DNA from: the human T2T-CHM13v2.0 reference genome, Homo sapiens | Length of the DNA stretch: 64,000 nucleotides | Reading direction: 5' to 3' (one strand) | Assembly (NCBI RefSeq): GCF_009914755.1 | Contig: NC_060934.1 | Part shown: positions 55,386 through 64,000 of the stretch, in pieces | Position numbering within the stretch: the first letter of the stretch is position 1 | Layout of the letters: each line of letters starts with the position of its first letter | The notes under the pieces: model-generated | The model's input: only the letters and a program-made list of their open reading frames with translations | What the model was told of the DNA's origin: nothing | Databases searched by the model: none | Program-made: the position numbers and the translations under genes

Positions 55386-57391
55386 TTAGATCGCAAGTGC
55401 TCACCTTCATCTGTATTCACCCTCCCAAGTTTTCTTAAACCCACTTCAATCATACTTTTGCCTCAGCCACTCAAAGCCAGCTGCTTTTGTCAAAATCACC
55501 GGTGCCTTTTACATTGCTAAAAGCAATATTTATTTTCAGTCCTTATCTTACTTGACCTATCTTCAGCATTATTCACTATCCTTTCACGGCAACAGCTTCT
55601 CGGTTCTCTTCCTATCTTACTACCCATTTTTTCTCATTCTCGTTTGGTGGTTTCCCCTTTTGTCCCCTACTTAATTTTGGAGTGGCCCAGAAGTGAGGAG
55701 TTATTCATCTTTTCTTTATACTCACTCCCTTGCTCAATCTAGTCTAATCTCACACCTTAAAAATGTCAGTACTATTATGACTCCTAATTTCAATCTCCAA
55801 CCTGGATTTCTCCTTTGAATTCCACAGTCCATATCCAACTGTGTACTTTGTAACACTGCGTAAGTATCTAACAGACGTTTCAGATATAAATACCTGCAAC
55901 AATGAAATTCTGATTACCCTGCACGAACCTCCTCCACTCATGGTCTTTTCCACTTCTTTAATGGCAGCTACATACTTACAGGTACCGAAAACAAGAAACT
56001 TGGAGGCACCTCTTGCTTCAGTGGATAGATATGGAAAAAGTGAAAACCACTTTTTTGAAAATTGAATTTGAAGTTCCATCTTCTCATTTCACAATACAGT
56101 ATTAGCAGATTATATATGCCAAGAAATATTCTATGTTAGTAAACTTGAGATGAAAAAATACTCTTATGTCAATGTAGTGAATTATGGTCTTATCCTACTG
56201 AAGCATTAAAGGTAAATATTGCAATTTTCAAAGTTAAGGTAATACCACATTTTAATTTGGATAATATTATAAATTTATGAAATATTTTTCTATATTTATA
56301 ATATGTAAAAATAGAAATATAATCATATTGCATGTATAGTAAATTCCACTGTTCTATGCTATTGTAAACCTAAACCTTTCTTGTAATTAGTCTGAATCTC
56401 ATTTTTCATTAGATTTTTAAATTCCATGAGCATAAACACTGTAAATGTATCTGTTTCATTCACTGCTAAAATTTCGGACAATCCCTGGTATATGGAAGAA
56501 GGTCAAATATATATTTATTTTTACTTTTCTGTATCTTTAATTTTAATAGGCTTTAAATATTTTTTTAAAAATTAAGTGATTGTGACATCATTCTAATTCC
56601 CATTCGATAGATATTTATGGATGTTTTTCCAGTGTGTGTGTGAACGTACACGAAGTGGAAATTAATTAATGTGAATGTACAACATGAACACCTTAGATTA
56701 TAGAATGTCTTTATTCACACATTTTAAAGGTTTGTGATATCTGCAAGTTTACCTATGGGTAATTAATACTGATGCACATTCTTGCCAGTCTTATGAATGG
56801 GCCTCACCCAGCCCCCTCAATCATCAATTATAATTCTATATCTATAGGGATGGTGCTGTGAACAGAATAATGTATAATCTTCTAGAAGGTTTATGCATTT
56901 ACATGTAATATTTATGCAAAAAGGCCTATTTATATGAATTTTTGAATGGACAGTGGCTTAAAGAATGAGATGTTAGTTGTGACTTTGCTCTTAACACATG
57001 GCTTAGATACATTTTATTGTCAGAATGGTGCAAATTGAGAACTTTAGCATGATTTCGACTGTGTGTACTCTTCCAGTCCACTCAACACATTTTAATTTAT
57101 TAATTTAATTTACTTGCTTTACTTACTGAACTATAGCTTTTAATACCTAGTTCTTAGAGCCTGCTTGGCCAATTTTCGCAAACATTAGATATCTTAGGAA
57201 GAGAAAAAAAAAAGAGGGAGGGAGGAAGAAAAAGAGGGAATAAAGGATGGATAGAGGGAGTGGGTAAGGAAAACAAATGGCATTCTCTTTTCACCAGAGG
57301 TAAGGGACAGATAAATGTTAAAAATCATGGCAACCACACAAGGCAATCATTCTCAAACTCTGATGTACCTAAGAATAGAATGGAAGGCCTA

Positions 57392-57743
<352 letters not shown>

Positions 57744-60360
57744 TCATTCATATGTTGGTGTTAGAGGCAAGGAATCTCCATTTTTATCAAACTGTCTGTG
57801 GTGGTTATAATGTGAGCAGAATGTACTTTCACAGACATTATTCTGGGTGTGGCTACTCAAACTCCAATTTTTAGAGAATCTTTCTTTTTAGCCCTATTGG
57901 TTAGGGCTATTGGTTAGCCCTATTGGTTAGTGGACCAGTCTTTACTAATGGATAGTCCTTATAATCTGGAGCAAAAACTCCAGATAATACAGTGCATCCA
58001 AGAGCCAATGTTGTCACGCCAGAAGATTTGGAGTCTAGTAACTGAAACTGCATGCAATTATACAATTATCAACTGTGTAGGTTCAACACCACTAAAATTG
58101 TCATGTGACTCTAGCATTACCAAAGATTGCTCGTGTGTCAGTGGGAATACTCTACAAGTAATAAGCTCAGTCTTAGCTAGTATTCATAGGTCATGGTCAA
58201 ATCCTCTTGACATTCCATTATTCATAATTAATTAGAATTTAGGTATGTTGGTGTATGTGTGCACGTATGCATGTGTATACACAGTATCAATATAGTTTTG
58301 GGTGTAAGCCACCACTTTTACTTTATCATTTTTAAATAAAGGAACCTCAGATTGAGAAAAAAAGCAGAGAGAAGGTAATTTGACATACAGAAAGTTTTTG
58401 GTTTCTAGTCAGAGTCAGAGAAAGACAAACGCATATAGAATGTACCCGGAAAGCAGATAATGACAACATTCTGAGTAATAGTATATTCCTGTTGCTAGTG
58501 ACTAAACATAGGATATAAGGCTACTATGTAATTCAAAATTTTCTTCTTCCTGTGTTCCCTTCCTGGACACCACACCTCTTGCTAAACAGCTCTTCAGTAA
58601 AGCCTTCAATATACAAGGGTATAATTTTTCCAAGTTTCTTCACCCAGCAAGGTGCAGGCTGCATATTGATCTTTATATGAGGATGATTCTGAAAAACGGG
58701 CAAATTGACCGAACTACCAATGATTCACGCATATCCCTTTATTCCTTTATTTTCAATTTTAAATTCAACTCTCAAGTAGACAAAGAAGATTGTTTGCTTT
58801 GGTTAATTTTGCTGGAGGGCTAAATTATATATCCTGTCTTTCTTTATGGATAGAAATTGCATTTGCTTAACATTTTAAAAATCACTTTAGACAGTTAAAA
58901 TATGTTTACTTAAGCTTTCAACCAATTTATTTTTTGGCAATAACAATATTATTAGTGTATAACCTTCAAATAGCCTGACATTTGGACATGTTTGTCTTGG
59001 GATTCAAACGTGAATTACTTGTACTTTTATTTTGAAATCAAAATGTTAATAAAAGTCTCAGATTTTCCTTTAGCAGACAATTCATTGCCATTGAATTTTT
59101 TCACAGGTGGAAAGTATATGGTTGTGGAGCATATACATCCTGAGTTGGTTACAGTACAGAAAAATAGAAGGAATCATAAAACTCTTAAGAATCTGATTAA
59201 AAACATCAACATTTAATCCAATTATAAAGTGTTGCAAAAAAAAAAAAGAAAAGTAATCTATGCTGTTAGAATCCTATAGTGGAAGTTTGTGGTTGTGTCA
59301 GGTGGAGGTAAGGTGATTAGTGACTAGGAGGAGGTGTAGGAGGCGTATGGGATGTTTGTAGCATCTTTTTTTAACAAAAATCTGGTTGTTAGTTACATGA
59401 TTAACTTCACTCTGTGAAAATTCATCAAGATATACACTTTCCTGTATGTCAGCAGCATGTCAGCATTTCAATAAAAATGTTACTAAAAAAAATAAGCTAT
59501 GAATTTGCTCCCCAAAAAAGTGTACATAGACTATCCCTCCCTCTCCTATCACAGTAAACTAGGATACGGGCACTCAAGTCCAAGTGGTAATTTAATAGCA
59601 GCTGCCCTAGGAAGTGACATGGAAAACCAACATTATGAAGATACGTGAAAATTAAAGATGCTCCCCTCTTCAACCATCTGTGTTCATTAAAGATAGACCC
59701 CAAAAGTAAACTTGGCCTTTTGCACTTTCCCACTAAGTGTTTCCCAAATACTGTGGTTTCCAAAGCCCTGCTTCTTATCTGCTGCCTTAAAATAATCTAA
59801 GGTAATTGTTAAAGCAAATTCCCAGGGGCTCAACCAAAATATCTGACATGTATCTGCTGTATTGCTTATTTGTTTTCTTTATTAGTTTAATTTTATCATA
59901 TCTTCCTAAGTTTTCAAGTAATTTTAATATATGACTTGCTCTCAAAATTTAGCATCCGAAAATCACATGTAAATCTTGATTCTGTAGGGAGAGCCCTGAA
60001 GTCTGCCTTTCCAAAACAGCCACATCCCCTGGTCCTGGATATGTAGAATCAGTAGTCGTTTGGGATCAGTTGGATCAGGCATTTTAGCTTCTCTCACACA
60101 GGCTTATAGGTAGCTGTTACACTAAAAAAGCCTAGGGTGAGCAGCTGAGGCCAACTCTGTTCTAGCCTTTTATGTAAGTCATTATCACTCTTCTTCACTT
60201 TCAGCAAAGTCTCTTAATTTGGACTTAGTTGGAAACAGAATGGAAGAAATTCATTTATGTAAGGGAATTCTCTGTAGGATCCTGCAGCTCACTGAAGCTC
60301 TACAAAAGCTATAGGTCCAAAGCAACAGTAATTGGTAACAGGTTATCAGGTTATATTTCC

Positions 60361-60362
<2 letters not shown>

Positions 60363-60406
<44 letters not shown>
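60363..60406. repeat. (TG)22 microsatellite
   Basis: Direct read. Confidence 0.95.
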
Positions 60407-60412
<6 letters not shown>

Positions 60413-60487
60413 GTCTTAGGGAAGGATGACTGTGAAAAACCTGTGCTCCATGAATCAATGAACATATTATCAACTGACTAAAAATTA

Positions 60488-60546
60488 TTAGGTTTTTGCC
60501 ATTAAAAGTAATGGCAAACACCACAATTATGTTTGCATCATCCTAA
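60488..60546. mobile_element. MADE1 mariner MITE with a deletion of about 21 bp in the left arm
   Basis: TA|ttaggtttttgccattaaaagtaatggcaaacaccacaattatgtttgcatcatcctaa|TA; core hairpin tttgccatta/taatggcaaa retained. Confidence 0.8.
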
Positions 60547-62249
60547 TAAAAATAAGAATATCCCATTGATTCTTGACCCTACTTATAAAATTAACTGCCT
60601 TAAAACCTACAGGAGCCTCCTTTTATTCAAAATTTAATACTCTAAAAATTAAAGGATGCATATACAGTTTGACTTTAAGCCAATTTATTACTATTACTAA
60701 ACATACTCAAAAACTTATAAATAAATTCAAAAACCTATAAAATTCATGAGATAAAATACAAATAACTGTTGTATGCTGTAAAGTTTGTTTGCAAGGCTAT
60801 ACAGCAAAAGAGTATATTCTTGGTTGGAAACAAATACCTTTTTTTGTATGACAAAAAGGAAAAGAAACTTCACTAGATAGAATATAGGCAGCACATATTT
60901 TATAAAGCCTTGTAATATAATGACAAAATAATACTGACACATTTCACACCTAGGGAATATTTTTAATAAAACAAAATACTTTCTATCTTCACTTCAAGTA
61001 AGAATATGCCCATTCTGTTTATAACTTGTTACAATGAACACATGAATCCTCAAAGCTCTTGTATACCTTTCAATGATAAAAATCTTTCTTTTTGCTTAGA
61101 GCATGAGATACAAATCGACACTGGAATGACTAAAAGGATTTTGAATGATTTAAAGAAAAAATAACCTTGCCACTCTGGGGAAGACCACAGATTCTGAAAA
61201 CTCTCACTTATCACCGACATGTTGAACTATTTAGCTGGTGTTTGGAACGTGAGAATCATCTTGGGTATAAACAGCAAGGTCAGCCAGATATAAAATTCTG
61301 ATAGTGATAAAGGGGTAACTTTTTTTCTGTGAATCTTCCAACTTATGTTTTATTTTTATTATTTTATCCTGCCTTTTGCCTTCCAACCAGCAAAGCCATC
61401 TTATCCTACACTGAGGTCTGATCCCATTCCCAGTTTTTTGTCAGCCAAGAGAAAACCACACTAAAGTACCTTCTATGAATTAGCCAACCAGAATAATGTA
61501 TTTTGTAATAAGCAAATTTTAAAAAATCATTAACATAAAAATTATATCTAAATCATTTATTTTTCAGAGCCTAGAAGGTATTGAGGGTGAGAGGTCAATA
61601 TTTCTCCACCTACTGGACCGTTCTTGAGACAAAAAATAACAAAGAGTTTTAGCCTACAAGTTTTTCAATATGCTCTTTCATTGTTATATTTCTATGGAAC
61701 CAAGAAACCTATGAAGAACGATTACTCGGGAACATATGTGATAGAGTGCTAAGGATGTTTATGTGTGTGGGGATTGCAGAGTGGGGAGACGTGACAAGGG
61801 TTCAGAAAGTGCCTTTCCTTTGAACATTGTACAATGTTTGGTCTTGCTGTTGTACTCTTACAATGACCTTTGCAGACAAGAAGGCCTTGGCAAAAAGCAA
61901 GGTACTCTGATGAGAATGGATAAATTGCCTTTCTTCTTCCCAAGCAGTTACAGGTCACCTTGTGAGGAAGAAAAAAGGCCAAATAAAATGTCACCTCTGT
62001 GTGTCTTTTGTCAGTTTGTGCTTTTTGACAGCCACTATATTCAACTGCTACATTCTATTTCTGTTCTAATGCTGCTGCATGAATAACGATATGAGACAAG
62101 AGGACATCATACTTCCTTTCCTTTTATTAGCTTCCATAATTGGCATAATAGTTAATTAATTTAGGCCAGTACTTAGAATTGTTAGAGACAAACCAGTGGA
62201 AAATAAAAACACACAGTGTTCTTTCTGAAGAAACACAAATACTGTTTTG

Positions 62250-62252
<3 letters not shown>

Positions 62253-62286
<34 letters not shown>
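62253..62286. repeat. (TG)17 microsatellite
   Basis: Direct read. Confidence 0.95.
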
Positions 62287-62290
<4 letters not shown>

Positions 62291-63225
62291 GGTATTATTT
62301 ATTATTTCCTAGTAATGGCAGTGTTGCTCTTCAGCAATATTTTTGCTTTGATTAAACTTAACTCATTAAAACAAAAGTTGTAAAAGGTAAAGTTTTTAGA
62401 CTGACTGCTTTTTGAGCTTCTACATCCTCTGTGATGTATCTCAGTATGTTATCTGAGTCAAATTGTTGCTGTTCTCATGATGTGTTGTTGGATATGGTAT
62501 CAGGCACCCTGTGGAGGAACTCTCTGGTGGGAGGTGGTGTACAACGTCACACTGTAGCAGAAAACCTGAAGGATACTCTTAGCTGCCTTCTCTGGCATTT
62601 GATCCCTTAGTTCTATCCAAGTGTATCACTTTATCCTTAGGCAGATTAAATTTCATATTATACCTCTGAGCTCATTTACTTACTCTGTTACACTTAAGGT
62701 AAAACAGATATAGTCATTTGTCTTAACCATTCCCTCTTATTTAGTGATATGTTCAAATTTCCTAACATAAAGGCTTTTCTTCATCATTAATTAGAAGCAT
62801 TAGTGATCTTATATAGAGAGTCTCGTGGAATATAGTTTTCTCCCAAATTCTTCTTGGCCCTCCATTTTTAAGCCAGTTGATAACATCCCCTTTTGTTAGT
62901 TGGATGCTATGACATATCATGACAAAAATTATGCTTTGTGTGGCAATCTGCTAAGTTTAAAAAAAAGGAGAACACAAAATTAAAATACGAACACTTAGTG
63001 TATCAAAGGTCAATTGATTTCAGAAATTGTAATATTTGTTGGAAATTCATGGAAAGATTGCTATTTCATTACTAATAACAAGTAATGCCTGAAATTTCTG
63101 TGGGGTGATTTTCTCTAAAATGTGTAAGAGATATTTACTTTGCCTTACCTTAGAGACCTGGCTATTGGGGTAGAAAAGATAAACTTATTATATTATTTAG
63201 TAACCTACTGAACTGAGATGTGGTG

Positions 63226-63591
63226 TGCAATGGACTTAATATTTGTATCTCTCCAAATTCATATGTTGAAATCCTAATCCACAATGTAATGCAATTAGGA
63301 GAGGTAATTAAGTCATGAGAATAGAGGTCTCATAAAAGTAGTTAGTGTCCTTACAAAAGGTACCCCAGAAAGCTCTCTCACCCTCTCACCCTCTCATCCT
63401 CTCATCCTCTTTCCACCAAGTGAAGATACAAACAGAATTTGGCAATCTGCAACCCAGAAAAGGAACCTAACTAGAACCCGACCATATTGAGTATGAAATT
63501 CCAGCCTCCGGAAGAGTGAGAAATATATTTCTGTTGTTTATAATCCACCCAGTCTTTTGTACTTTGTTAGAGTGGCCTGAACTGACTAGTA
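63226..63591 (+). mobile_element. Solo MaLR LTR (MLT1A-like)
   Basis: tgcaatgga...ccaaattcatatgttgaaatcctaa...ccagcctcc...actgactagtac. Confidence 0.72.
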
Positions 63592-64000
63592 CGTGTCTGT
63601 GTGTGTGTGCGTGTGCGTGTGCATGTGTGTTTGTGTGTGTTTCATTCTTGCCATAAGAATAAGAGTAGGAATATATTGCTAGAATATTTCCAGATATAGA
63701 AGATATGTCATTTGTAGCATTTGTCTTCCTTCTTGTAGCTTGGCAATAGCAGCCCTGATGTTTTTTCTCTTGTCCTAACTCTGGGTCACTATGGACCCTG
63801 TTCAACCTCACCTTAAAGGAGTGCCAATCGTTTCCATCTCTTGTCTTTTTTTTTCCTCTCTCTCTCTCTTTTGTTTGAAAACTGATGATATACACATTAG
63901 AGTAGAAAGAATATAACTTATATTTCACATCTCCATAACAGATTTAATTAATTTTATTAGCTTTTTCATTTTCACGGTAGGTTCCATCTTTTTCATTTTG

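Noticed and set aside
60488-60546. MADE1 as a miR-548-type precursor
   Set aside because: The left-arm deletion leaves a stem of only about 10 bp, too short for Drosha processing.

Overview
Human genomic DNA (an AluYa5 with all five diagnostic positions is present), AT-rich and mostly intronic. It lies inside PCDH15 (protocadherin-15, tip-link cadherin, Usher 1F/DFNB23), transcribed on the minus strand. Four constitutive coding exons read out with GT-AG boundaries and join in frame: 207, 135, 150 and 194 nt, covering the end of EC3 through EC5 (exons 11-14 in the numbering I recall). A fifth exon missing from the ORF track is a 21-nt in-frame microexon (VPPSGVP, 44228-44248) with an SRRM4-type UGC motif. 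The introns hold a 5.9-kb internally deleted two-LTR HERV-H provirus antisense to the gene (LTR7up-like LTRs, perfect tRNA-His PBS, 5-bp TSD, internal 21/42-bp minisatellite). They also hold a full-length THE1 MaLR element, about a dozen Alus, L1/MIR/MER/MLT relics, a tailless 5S rRNA retrocopy and microsatellites. There is no prokaryotic system or CRISPR array, and almost all ORF-track ORFs are repeat-derived. I cannot claim a new biological system. The best leads are hypotheses: microexon control beside the D435 codon, a predicted spliced HERV-H Gag micro-ORF, a TSD-less AluYa5, a tandem E-box palindrome in one THE1 LTR, and a tiny retroposed poly(A) signal after exon 13. Repeat subfamily names and exon numbers come from memory of consensus sequences, not from a search.
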